From the NCBI GenBank assembly GCA_964388155.1, contig CAYLYH010000003.1, positions 24,268-88,267 of the forward strand: DNA of 64,000 nt. Reading direction: 5' to 3'. Below, one piece after another: positions 43,728 to 53,062 of this stretch. Position numbers and translations under genes: made by a program. The stretch is from an uncultured bacterium. Lineage in GTDB: Bacteria; Fidelibacterota; Marinisomatia; Marinisomatales; JACNKV01. The notes below the pieces were generated by a model. That model was given only the letters and a program-made list of their open reading frames with translations. It ran no database searches and was not told the DNA's origin. How positions within the stretch are numbered: position 1 is the first letter of the stretch; each line of letters starts with the position of its first letter.

Positions 43728-46700
43728 TTAAATCTGTGATATTCCCCATGCAAACATGACGCCGACAAAAGTAAGCATCAGTGGCCAGCTTGTATTCACA
43801 AATTGGCGTGCACTCGGATCTTCGAACACATGCACCTGAAACTCATGCGCTGTTGCAGCACCATGTTCATCGATGGCCATGATGATAATATCATTCGGAC
43901 CGCGCTGATTGTTTCGTGGTTTCCATTTTAATTTACCGGTTCGCTTGTTAAACTTCGCATATTTCGGGAGTCGAATCGGACGATAGGTCACCTTATCACT
44001 GTTTAGATCCTCGGCGACAATTTTGTAACGATATTCATGTCCGGTAAGTGCTACCGGTTTTGGTTTCGAAATAATTGTCGGATTGATATTGACAAACACT
44101 TTTCCGGTCTGGACATCTTCTGAGTACCCGTCTGACGCTTTCACTTCAAATACTTGATAATCAATCTGGTCAGATTCCGGCGTCCATAGGATTTTTCCCT
44201 CCCGGCTAATTTGCATATTTCTTGGGGATTTAATGAGCGAATACGTTAATTCTGCGTTCTGATTATTGTCTTCAACTTGAAGTGTATATTTAAACACATC
44301 TCCGACCAGCGCCATCGCGGGCGGGTTGGAAATAATTGTCGGGATCTGGTTGACATACAACTCATAGGTTTGCTCGTCTTTGCTGTATCCGTCCGATGCC
44401 ATCACGGTTATTGTGTGAATATCTACCTGATTGGGTGTGGGTGTCCATGAAATCGTTCCTGTCAGCTCATTCACTATCATGCCGTCCGGAAAGTCCAAAA
44501 GTGTATAGCGAGTGAGCGGCTGACGTTCAACGATGACTTTAGGCGGCTTTCCTTTGCTTCCTTTAAACAGCTCCCAGAGGACATCTTTCACTTTCACCGT
44601 GCGGTCGTCGATCGTTTGTAAAATTACTACCAGCCTATCTTCCTCGTAAAAAAGAGAATGTACATATTTTTTTAAATTTAGACGGGAAACGCTTGCGGTA
44701 TCCGGTGTGTTTGTCCCTGTTAAATATACAGTTTCAGCATATTCCCAATCTCCGATATATCGATCGATATTTTCACGGTAAACATCATCCGTAATGTTGA
44801 CTTTATACATGTTCACAGACTCCACATCTTCTACTGTTACCACGCGATTCATCGGGAGAAGCGATCCCTTATTTCGGTCAGATGTTAAAAGTGAATACGT
44901 ATATTTATCTCCGGTGGTAGCGGTAAGTGTTGGTAATGAAACAATTTGTATCGGTGCATTTACAAAGAAATCTGATTCAATTATTCGGGTGGTTTTTCCG
45001 TCGCTGACTTCAATCATTAAGTGTGAAAAGTCCGCTTCTCTCCATGAGGGTTCCCACAATAATCTCCCGGAATACGGATCCATCCGCATTCCCGGCGGAA
45101 GTTCAATGGAGGCATAGGTGATTTCATCCAAAACATTGGGATCAAAAATCTCGATCTGAAAACTCCATGTTTCCCCGGCACGAACCAAGACCATCGGCGG
45201 TGGCGCTGTTACCACAATGGGCGGATGGTTCACAAACAGCTCCACGCGTTGTGTGTCTGCTGCGACGCCGTGCCGGACAATAATGGCGGTTTTCTGTGTG
45301 TCTATCTGCGTTTCTGTTGGTGTCCACGCAACAAGTCCGTCGGTGTTGATGGTCATTCCCTCCGGTGCATCTATCAATTCAAATTCCAGCGGATAATTTA
45401 AGTTTTGATACCACACGTCCATTTGATATTCATACGGTTCACCAACCCATAGCTCTCCGGACGGCTCGGATAAAATCACCACGCCTGCCCGGGCAAATAA
45501 TTTAAATTCCTGTGCCGCGCGGTCAAATCCATCCGTTGCCACCAATCGCACAGGATATATATCCACATGAGCACTGTCGGTTTGCCATGTAAGTGTGTTA
45601 TTGTCCAATACCATTTCATCGGGAGCAACTTCCATGTCTATCTGAATATTCGCATCAACGTTTCGGTCTTGAATAAGAGGCTCATACGAAAACAATGTGT
45701 TCGCTACAAATTCCGTTCCAGTGGGCTCTGAAATAAATACAGGCGGGTCGTTGACATAAATCCACAGTCGTTCATCGTAACCCTCTAATTGCGGAATAAC
45801 TTGGTACGCAAGGGAATCTTCTTCGTTTTGAACAATGGTTTCCCCGATTTTCATTTCGATATGATACGCCAACTGGAAGGCACCCAAGTCTTTTTCATTC
45901 GGGACCCATTGAATCGATTTGGTTTCATAGTGAAAAAACATGCCTTTAGGCGGCGGCTGTAGCCAGCGGAAACTGTAAAATATTTCTGCTTCATCTTCGG
46001 GGATGGTATACGCAAAAGACTTATTCACCGGTAAAACATGTCGTGGAAGCACATTTTCAGGGAGGGGTTGCCCGGTTGTTTTTTCCGGTTTGGACACTTG
46101 CGGGAGCGTGAATTGATCCATGGGAATTTCCGGAAACGTTTCTAATAGCTTTTCCTGTTCAATAACATCACTAATTATGACGTCAGGTTTTTCAGGCGGA
46201 GATATCGGTTTTTTCCCAAGGTCGGTAAGGAATACTGTGTTGGTGGTGCCGTTCCATCCTGCGGCAAGAATAGATCCGGTATAGGTGCCAAGACGGACCA
46301 TCGGCAAAATTGAAAATATCTGCATGGTTTCATTACCGCCGTCCAGCGAAAAATATTCTGCCGACGGCTCAATGCCGTTTTTCGTTCCGGAGAATAAAGA
46401 GACCATGTTCATTTCCCCGGAAACAAGAATGATATCTGTATAGCCGTCTTGGTCTACATCGGTGATTTTTAAATCAGAAACAGGACCTCCCTCTACGGGA
46501 ATTTCTTCTATAACAACCTTGTCCGGTGTCATGGTTAAGGCAGCGATGTGCCCGGACTGAAAAGACAAAACCACGTCCGTAAATCCATCAGCATCCCAAT
46601 CCGTTTTTGTGGTTTTCAGCGGAAGAAATCCATTAATACCGTCGATTTTTAACCGGGTTCCCTTACTTGGGATAAATGTACCTTGAACATTATAAAACGG

Positions 46701-47453
46701 TTGTGCTTTTAGGAAATTTCCTTCCGGGCTGAAGACAATCAGGTCATCAAAACCATCGTGATCATAATCCACAACATCTACAAAGATAAATCCCGAACCA
46801 GAGCGGAGAAAGGTGGGGGTTAGCTGTTCAATGATAGAAAGAGTTCCTTCAGCGTCCAGATCAATGATAACAACGCCGCGCGGTGGAATTCCCAGGGAAG
46901 CAACAACCTCTTCATCTCCATCAGCATCAATATCTAAAAGTTCAAAGTTATGACACCGAAGAAATTTTTTATTTCCAGCAAGGTTCAGCGTAACGTCCGG
47001 GATTTCTTCAAATCCGTTGTCAAACCATCGATACACAAAAAAATGCGGCTGGAGAATATCTTCTGACCCAGAACCGGACACATTGACACCAACAATTAAT
47101 TCCGGATATGTATCTCCGTCAATATCGCCAATATCAACACCGATAAAACTCCCCAACGCTCCATCCGGAATATTTAAGTCCCATAATAACTCCTGCCTCC
47201 CGGCATCATCAGTTTCATAATAACGAATAAACGATAAAAAGCGGTTTTCAGAAGGCTGTTCTTCAATTGTAATGTATTCCAAATGTCCATCGCTATCTAA
47301 ATCATACGTCCCCTCAAGATGAAGGATTTTTGCATCCCCGGCAAAAACGAGCGAAAAGAATAAGCTCATCATGAACAATGTGCGTGTTTTCATGCCTGGC
47401 TTTTGTGGGCGCTGGTTGGTTTTAAGGGCGATTTTTTCGAAGATATCCATCAT
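43728..47453 (-). CDS. Large surface protein: FG-GAP/VCBS repeats, tandem cadherin-like/putative-Ig domains, C-terminal TM anchor
   Basis: DLDSDGHLEY, DIDGDTYPELIV, VDYDHDGFDDLIV and similar repeats. Repeated ...Y.Y.L...D.....LTYSL...P.GM.I...G.L.W.P modules. C-terminal WPLMLTFVGVMFAWGISQI. The start may be Met21 (about 47393). Confidence 0.8.
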   Translation of the reverse strand: MMDIFEKIALKTNQRPQKPGMKTRTLFMMSLFFSLVFAGDAKILHLEGTYDLDSDGHLEYITIEEQPSENRFLSFIRYYETDDAGRQELLWDLNIPDGALGSFIGVDIGDIDGDTYPELIVGVNVSGSGSEDILQPHFFVYRWFDNGFEEIPDVTLNLAGNKKFLRCHNFELLDIDADGDEEVVASLGIPPRGVVIIDLDAEGTLSIIEQLTPTFLRSGSGFIFVDVVDYDHDGFDDLIVFSPEGNFLKAQPFYNVQGTFIPSKGTRLKIDGINGFLPLKTTKTDWDADGFTDVVLSFQSGHIAALTMTPDKVVIEEIPVEGGPVSDLKITDVDQDGYTDIILVSGEMNMVSLFSGTKNGIEPSAEYFSLDGGNETMQIFSILPMVRLGTYTGSILAAGWNGTTNTVFLTDLGKKPISPPEKPDVIISDVIEQEKLLETFPEIPMDQFTLPQVSKPEKTTGQPLPENVLPRHVLPVNKSFAYTIPEDEAEIFYSFRWLQPPPKGMFFHYETKSIQWVPNEKDLGAFQLAYHIEMKIGETIVQNEEDSLAYQVIPQLEGYDERLWIYVNDPPVFISEPTGTEFVANTLFSYEPLIQDRNVDANIQIDMEVAPDEMVLDNNTLTWQTDSAHVDIYPVRLVATDGFDRAAQEFKLFARAGVVILSEPSGELWVGEPYEYQMDVWYQNLNYPLEFELIDAPEGMTINTDGLVAWTPTETQIDTQKTAIIVRHGVAADTQRVELFVNHPPIVVTAPPPMVLVRAGETWSFQIEIFDPNVLDEITYASIELPPGMRMDPYSGRLLWEPSWREADFSHLMIEVSDGKTTRIIESDFFVNAPIQIVSLPTLTATTGDKYTYSLLTSDRNKGSLLPMNRVVTVEDVESVNMYKVNITDDVYRENIDRYIGDWEYAETVYLTGTNTPDTASVSRLNLKKYVHSLFYEEDRLVVILQTIDDRTVKVKDVLWELFKGSKGKPPKVIVERQPLTRYTLLDFPDGMIVNELTGTISWTPTPNQVDIHTITVMASDGYSKDEQTYELYVNQIPTIISNPPAMALVGDVFKYTLQVEDNNQNAELTYSLIKSPRNMQISREGKILWTPESDQIDYQVFEVKASDGYSEDVQTGKVFVNINPTIISKPKPVALTGHEYRYKIVAEDLNSDKVTYRPIRLPKYAKFNKRTGKLKWKPRNNQRGPNDIIIMAIDEHGAATAHEFQVHVFEDPSARQFVNTSWPLMLTFVGVMFAWGISQI

Positions 47454-47618
47454 TACAGCCTTTGAATCTACATAAGACTGTCAGAAAACGACACCCAAAT
47501 TTATTTTGTTTTTTTGTTCATTATAATAATTAGTGCTGTCCTAGACTTAGTATAAAAAGTGTACACGTAGTTAAGTGACTTTTTAAAAAGTCGTGGGTGT
47601 ATTTTTAGAGCCAAGACG

Positions 47619-47752
47619 ATGACGTTTCAGTTTATAGATCAGCATAAGCACTCACACAGAGTTCAGACCTTGTGCCAAATATTTGGTGTAACGACCTCGG
47701 GGTATTATCAGTGGAATAACCGTGGTAAGAGTAATAGAGAGATTTTTACTTG
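47619..47752 (+). mobile_element. IS3-family transposase OrfB N-terminal fragment (remnant)
   Basis: Translates to MTFQFIDQHKHSHRVQTLCQIFGVTTSGYYQWNNRGKSNRE then a stop. This matches the FI....V..LC..L.VS.SGYY.W..R..S.R pattern of IS3 OrfB. There is no catalytic DDE region. Confidence 0.55.
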
Positions 47753-47769
47753 AAAAGATCAAAGACACC

Positions 47770-47859
47770 TACGGAAAGCCGGTAGCATCAGGGATGTATT
47801 TGTATCAGTTGAAAATGGCGAACTTTGTAAAAACAAAAAAACTTGTGTTGCTGAAGTAA
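47770..47859 (+). pseudogene. 3' fragment of an exbD paralogue
   Basis: ACGGAAAG..CCGGTA...ATCAGTTGAAAATGGCGAAC parallels 51741-51800. A 20-nt identity encodes QLKMAN. No N-terminal part is present. Confidence 0.4.
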
Positions 47860-48029
47860 TAGGCGCCTTTCAAAGGTTTTTTTTACCCTTTGAAAGGTTG
47901 ACAAACTCAAGCAAGAGAAGGCGGAGAAATTCGCCATGGTTTTGTTCTTAAAAAAACTCTCCTCCCCTAAATATTTGCCTTTCGACAAAGCTGTTGATTG
48001 TCCTAAATTGTATGGTTCTCTTATTAAAA

Positions 48030-48935
48030 ATGAGCAACCAAACCATGATGAAAAACATTCTACTCTTAGGTTTTCTTTCCGTCAGTCTTTTCGGGCAAAG
48101 CGATTTATACCCCGTTGAAGAGTTCTACGGCGGTGGTATCGGGTACAGCCTGACATCCATAAAACTGGCTTCAATTCCTGCAGCATCTGATCTTTCAAAG
48201 ATGGGGTTGGATACCACAGATTTCAAATCAACATTTACAATCCATGGCGGCGAGGGATTCACCCATATTGCCGGTCGCTGGCGAATTGGCGGTTATGCCG
48301 GGATTGGCGTAGACAGAATCAGCGGCGTACCGGACGTCATGCTCTATCTCAATCGTGATGGGGTTGATGGCTACCAGGCTAATCCTCTGGGGGGGGTTAG
48401 TGCAGATAGCGCTGTCGTATATGATGGAGACTATGCACCCTCCACCAAGGCTAAAATAACGTTCACGCTTGGAGCAGCTACCGTTGAATACGTGATGCCG
48501 TTATTCCGCGACCTTGAAATTGCAGCCGGTGCATTAATTGGGTTGGGACGAATTAATATCAGCGTTGAGCAATACAACGGAACTGCACGTTGGGATAGGG
48601 CTTTTTCTGATGTGACTTACGGACAGCCAGACTCCAGTGGAACCATGTATTACGAAGTAACAAGCATTGACTCTGCTCAATCTCTTGGATTAATGCCAAA
48701 TAGAATTCCAAGTCGATTTACAAACGTCAGTGGGGCTTTTTTAAATGTACAGCCTTATGTTGCGATTAAATGGCAGCTTCTCGATCGGGTGGGCTTAAGA
48801 GTAAGCGTGGGATATAACAAAGGAACCATTCCCGCGGGTGGTTGGCTTTTGAATGACCGTGAGCCCATCAGCGATTCTCCTAAATATTCCGCGCAGGGAG
48901 TTGCCATTCGTGCCATGCTCTATTTTGGGTTATAA
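48030..48935 (+). CDS. Hypothetical secreted / outer-membrane-like protein
   Basis: An internal Met (about 48030-48048) gives signal MMKNILLLGFLSVSLFGQ. Gly/aromatic-rich alternating pattern. Confidence 0.45.
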   Translation: MSNQTMMKNILLLGFLSVSLFGQSDLYPVEEFYGGGIGYSLTSIKLASIPAASDLSKMGLDTTDFKSTFTIHGGEGFTHIAGRWRIGGYAGIGVDRISGVPDVMLYLNRDGVDGYQANPLGGVSADSAVVYDGDYAPSTKAKITFTLGAATVEYVMPLFRDLEIAAGALIGLGRINISVEQYNGTARWDRAFSDVTYGQPDSSGTMYYEVTSIDSAQSLGLMPNRIPSRFTNVSGAFLNVQPYVAIKWQLLDRVGLRVSVGYNKGTIPAGGWLLNDREPISDSPKYSAQGVAIRAMLYFGL

Positions 48936-49077
48936 TCTGGTTTTTGCCACAAAGCACGCAGGACTTTTCTATTAAATAGCGTTACAATTAATAATTACGA
49001 ATGTGCTTATTTACCCTTCCCCGACAAACCGTTAAAACGGATATAAATCTCCGTCGGTTTCTAAAAGGACTCACATT

Positions 49078-50694
49078 ATGAAAAAAATGACAAAAAAAAT
49101 ACGGCTGTCGTTTTTTGGAGCCGGGGTCATAATTCTGAGCCTCGTTCTGTCTCCGTTTGTTCACAATCTATATTCCCAAGGAAAGGATCCTTTTAAGGCT
49201 CTTCGAACCAAAATCCAGGTGATGAACCAAATATTGCAAATTGTTCAGCGATATTATTTTGAACCTGTAGAAATGGACGACTTAATGGAGGGGGCTTTTC
49301 ATGGAATTATGAAAGAGTTAGATCCTCATTCGATTTATATTCCGCCGAAAGATTTAGAAGATATCAACGAAAAATTCATGGGAGAGTTTCAAGGAATTGG
49401 CATTGAGTTTGATATTCTTCATGGATACATCACCGTTATTTCTCCTGTCGCGGACAGTCCGGCAGAGCGAGTCGGACTTATCTCAGGAGATCAGATTATT
49501 GCGATTGACGGAGAGGATGCTTACGAAATTACAAAGGACGAGGTTTTTGCTAAGCTCCGAGGTAAAAAAGGAACGCCGGTTGTCGTTACTATTGCCAGAA
49601 TCGGCCTGGATGAGACTTTTGATGTGACTATCATACGGGATAAAATTCCTATTTACAGTATTCGTGCCTCCGTCATGTTGAACGATTCCACCGGATATAT
49701 TTGGCTCACACGGTTTTCTGCCACCACCGGACAAGAAATGCAAGACGCCATCCAAGAACTGGAAGGAAAGGGGGCGACTCAACTATTGTTAGACCTTCGA
49801 AACAATAGCGGAGGATATCTAGAACAAGCGGCAGCGGTTGCAAATCTTTTTTTCACCCACAACGATACAATTGTCTACACAAAAGGAAGGAAATCCGATG
49901 TGGAACAGGTGTTTACTGCCGATGTGACGGTTGGCAGAGAGGATTATCCGCTTATCGTCCTTGTTAATCGAGGATCGGCCAGTGCCAGTGAAATTGTAGC
50001 GGGGGCGGTACAAGATCTTGACCGTGGATTAATCACCGGCGAAACAACATTTGGAAAGGGGCTTGTCCAGCGCCAACTCCGGCTTAGTGATGATTCTGCC
50101 GTCAGAATCACCATCGCACGGTATTTTACACCAAGCGGACGGTTAATTCAACGCCCGTATGAAAACGGAGACAAACGAGCGTATTATAAAGAACTGTATG
50201 CAAAGGACAGAGAAGTTAAAATTGACAGCTTAAAAGAGCTTCGTCCAAAATATCTGACGCGGGCGGGACGGACCGTCTATGGCGGGGGTGGAATTACGCC
50301 GGATGTCTACATCCCTTGGGAATCTAAAATTAAAGTCGGAACTCAGAAGTTGCTTTCAAACCCTAAACGTCCTTTGTTTAATTGGGCTTCTGTTTATTAT
50401 GCAGAACATAATTCAACTATCCCTGATTACCGTGAGTTTCTTGCCTCCTGGGATTTTCAGGAAGCGGATTTTCAAGGTTTTCTTACTTATCTCGACAAAG
50501 AAAATATTGATTATGATTCTACTTCTGTCTTTACAGATAAGGATTATTTATTGACAACACTTAAGGCTGAGGTCGCAGGTGTTGCATGGGGAAATGATGA
50601 AGAATGGGGTATCCGAAGATCGGATGACATCCAAGTTTTAGAAAGTTTAAAATTTTTTCAAGAAGCTACTGACTTCCTACATCATTCACCGTAA
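49078..50694 (+). CDS. ctp: S41 family C-terminal processing peptidase
   Basis: PDZ (GIGIEF...SPAERVGLISGDQIIAIDG), LDLRNNSGGYL, NRGSASASEIVAGA, GETTFGKG. Confidence 0.9.
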   Translation: MKKMTKKIRLSFFGAGVIILSLVLSPFVHNLYSQGKDPFKALRTKIQVMNQILQIVQRYYFEPVEMDDLMEGAFHGIMKELDPHSIYIPPKDLEDINEKFMGEFQGIGIEFDILHGYITVISPVADSPAERVGLISGDQIIAIDGEDAYEITKDEVFAKLRGKKGTPVVVTIARIGLDETFDVTIIRDKIPIYSIRASVMLNDSTGYIWLTRFSATTGQEMQDAIQELEGKGATQLLLDLRNNSGGYLEQAAAVANLFFTHNDTIVYTKGRKSDVEQVFTADVTVGREDYPLIVLVNRGSASASEIVAGAVQDLDRGLITGETTFGKGLVQRQLRLSDDSAVRITIARYFTPSGRLIQRPYENGDKRAYYKELYAKDREVKIDSLKELRPKYLTRAGRTVYGGGGITPDVYIPWESKIKVGTQKLLSNPKRPLFNWASVYYAEHNSTIPDYREFLASWDFQEADFQGFLTYLDKENIDYDSTSVFTDKDYLLTTLKAEVAGVAWGNDEEWGIRRSDDIQVLESLKFFQEATDFLHHSP

Positions 50695-50797
50695 ATTCAT
50701 GACCGTATTTTGTTGTTGTTCATTCGAAATACATCAAACTTTTGTTGAAAACAAAAAAACATAAAAACAATTATTCGTAACTAAACTGGAGGAAACT

Positions 50798-51418
50798 ATG
50801 GTTGAATATTTTGTGAATGGCGGAGACTTCATGTGGCCGATTTTACTTTCGCTGATGTTTGGCGTCGCCTTCTCATTTGAGCGACTCTATTCATTGATGA
50901 TGTCTTCTATCAATTCTAAACAATTTTTTTCCGATGTCTCTGACGTCCTGGACAAAGATGGTGTAGAAGCCGCAGTTGAACTGTGTAACAATACGCGTGG
51001 ACCTGTCGCCGAGGTGTTTCATGCCGGGCTTTCACGGCGACATCGCGGATTAGCCGAGGTTGAAAAAGCTATTCAAAATGCAGGTGGCGTTGAAATGGCA
51101 TTTTTGGAAAAAAATATGATTTGGCTTAATTCTGTCATTACAATTGCACCGATGTTAGGGTTTACGGGAACAGTTGTTGGAATGATCGCGGCCTTTGATG
51201 CAATTAAAGCCGCCAATGATATTTCACCCGCTGTTGTTGCGGGGGGTATCTCTCAGGCGTTGTTAACCACCGCATTTGGTCTTATCACAGCCATGATTAT
51301 TCAAATATTCCAAAACTTCTTTGTCTCAAGGATTGATAAACTTGTTTTGGATATGGAAGAAAAATCTGTACAGTTGGTAGACCACCTGTATGAACTTGAT
51401 GCTGTAAAGAAAAAATAA
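50798..51418 (+). CDS. exbB: MotA/TolQ/ExbB proton-channel protein
   Basis: 3 TM. APMLGFTGTVVGMI and ALLTTAFGL motifs. Confidence 0.85.
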   Translation: MVEYFVNGGDFMWPILLSLMFGVAFSFERLYSLMMSSINSKQFFSDVSDVLDKDGVEAAVELCNNTRGPVAEVFHAGLSRRHRGLAEVEKAIQNAGGVEMAFLEKNMIWLNSVITIAPMLGFTGTVVGMIAAFDAIKAANDISPAVVAGGISQALLTTAFGLITAMIIQIFQNFFVSRIDKLVLDMEEKSVQLVDHLYELDAVKKK

Positions 51419-51433
51419 TCTTCAGGATTTATT

Positions 51434-51835
51434 ATGGCAATGAAAAAACGAAGGTTTAAAGGTGGAGAAATCCCCACAGCATCGATGGCAGATATCGCCT
51501 TTTTGTTGTTGATTTTCTTTCTTGTCACAACAACGATTGACACAGACAAGGGACTGGGGATTGTCCTCCCTCCAAAAGGTGATACAATTGAGATTAAAAA
51601 GAAAAATATTCTTAATTGCCTGATTAACTCCTCCGGAAATGTCCTCCTTGGGGGTGAACCTGTAAAAATTCAGAATATTAATCGAGTTGTGAAAGAAAAA
51701 CTACGTGTAAACAATAAGTTAATCATTTCAGTTAAAACACACGGAAAGTCCCGGTATCGCGACTATGTGAGGGTTATTGATCAGTTGAAAATGGCGAACG
51801 CGACACGAATTTCAATTGCGGAAAGCGAATTATGA
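51434..51835 (+). CDS. exbD: ExbD/TolR biopolymer transport protein
   Basis: IPTASMADIAFLLLIFFLVT N-terminal TM signature. Confidence 0.85.
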   Translation: MAMKKRRFKGGEIPTASMADIAFLLLIFFLVTTTIDTDKGLGIVLPPKGDTIEIKKKNILNCLINSSGNVLLGGEPVKIQNINRVVKEKLRVNNKLIISVKTHGKSRYRDYVRVIDQLKMANATRISIAESEL

Positions 51836-52242
51836 AGTTTACAAAAAAAACAAAACTTAGCAGTGAAATCCCCACAGCATCCATGCCGGATATCATCTTT
51901 ATGCTGTTGATCTTCTTCATGGTTACCACCGTTTTAAGAGAATATTCCGGGTTGCCTATTGAGCTTCCGAAAGCCAAGCGGATTGAAAAACTAAAGTCGA
52001 AACGACATACGGCGCAAATATGGATTTCAAAGGAAGGATTAATTTCCATTGAAGACAAGCTCTTTGCCGTCCAGGATGTAAAACACATCATGTACGAACG
52101 CCGTTCCGCGGATCCTCAGATTACCATATCATTAAAAGCCGATGAATCAGCTCGAATGGAAATCATATCCGGGGTTCATAACGAACTCAGAGAAGCCGAT
52201 GCGCTTAAACTGAATTACTCCACAAAAACAGAAGTTAATTAA
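51832..52242 (+). CDS. exbD: ExbD/TolR biopolymer transport protein (second copy)
   Basis: IPTASMPDIIFMLLIFFMVT. 4-nt overlap with the first exbD. Confidence 0.85.
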   Translation: MKFTKKTKLSSEIPTASMPDIIFMLLIFFMVTTVLREYSGLPIELPKAKRIEKLKSKRHTAQIWISKEGLISIEDKLFAVQDVKHIMYERRSADPQITISLKADESARMEIISGVHNELREADALKLNYSTKTEVN

Positions 52243-52262
52243 TACACAAACCCACTTTATGT

Positions 52263-52300
52263 AAAAAGGGCTGTTCCAAAAGGATCAGCCCTTTTTTATT
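52263..52300. terminator. Bidirectional rho-independent terminator between exbD and sdhB
   Basis: AAAAAGGGCTG-n12-CAGCCCTTTTTT. Confidence 0.7.
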
Positions 52301-52324
52301 TTAGGTATCTTGTTAAGCGGATGG

Positions 52325-53062
52325 TTATTTCTGTTTATCCTTTGCCAATGCTATTCCGCTCAACTTTCTTCGGATGAACGAAAATACTTCAAGCAGCGGT
52401 AAGTCTTTCGGGCAGACATCATCGCATGCCATCATTCCGATGCAGCCAAACACACCTTCGTCTGTTGACACCAACTCAAACCACTCTTGATTGCCTCTTT
52501 CATCGCGAGGATCTATCAAAAAGCGTCCAATCCTGTTTAATCCGGTTGCACCTAAAAAGTCAGGATAAACCTGAATAGTCGCACAGCCGGCTAAGCAGCA
52601 ACCGCATTCGATACAGCGTTCGGCTTCATATATCTTGTTTGCGGTGGCATTATCCATTCGTTCTTCTTCGGCGGTCGGATCAAATTCTTTTTGTGTATGA
52701 ATCCACGATTCAACTTTCTCTGCCATCTCGTGAAACCATACTCCGGTATCGACAGAAAGATCGCCAAGCAGTTTGAAAAACGGTAATGGATACAACTCAA
52801 TCGTATCCGGTAAGTCAGACGTTAATGTTCGGCAGGCTAATGTTGGACGACCGTTAATCATCATACTGCAGGATCCGCAAATCCCCGCACGGCAGACAAA
52901 ATCAAACATCAGGTCTGGTGCCTGCGTTTCTCTGAGAATATTTAACGCAGTAAATACGTTTAGCCGTTTGGTTTCTTCTATCTCATACGTATCAATCCGC
53001 GGCTGGTCGTTTTCCTTTGTCGGATTATAACGAAATATTTTGAAGGTCAGTGTTCTTCCCAT
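52325..53062 (-). CDS. sdhB: Succinate dehydrogenase/fumarate reductase iron-sulfur subunit
   Basis: CRAGICGSCSMMINGRPTLAC, CIECGCCLAGC and CDDVCPK clusters. The ATG at 53062 overlaps the sdhA TAA by 1 nt (the listed start at 53080 is less likely). Confidence 0.9.
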   Translation of the reverse strand: MGRTLTFKIFRYNPTKENDQPRIDTYEIEETKRLNVFTALNILRETQAPDLMFDFVCRAGICGSCSMMINGRPTLACRTLTSDLPDTIELYPLPFFKLLGDLSVDTGVWFHEMAEKVESWIHTQKEFDPTAEEERMDNATANKIYEAERCIECGCCLAGCATIQVYPDFLGATGLNRIGRFLIDPRDERGNQEWFELVSTDEGVFGCIGMMACDDVCPKDLPLLEVFSFIRRKLSGIALAKDKQK

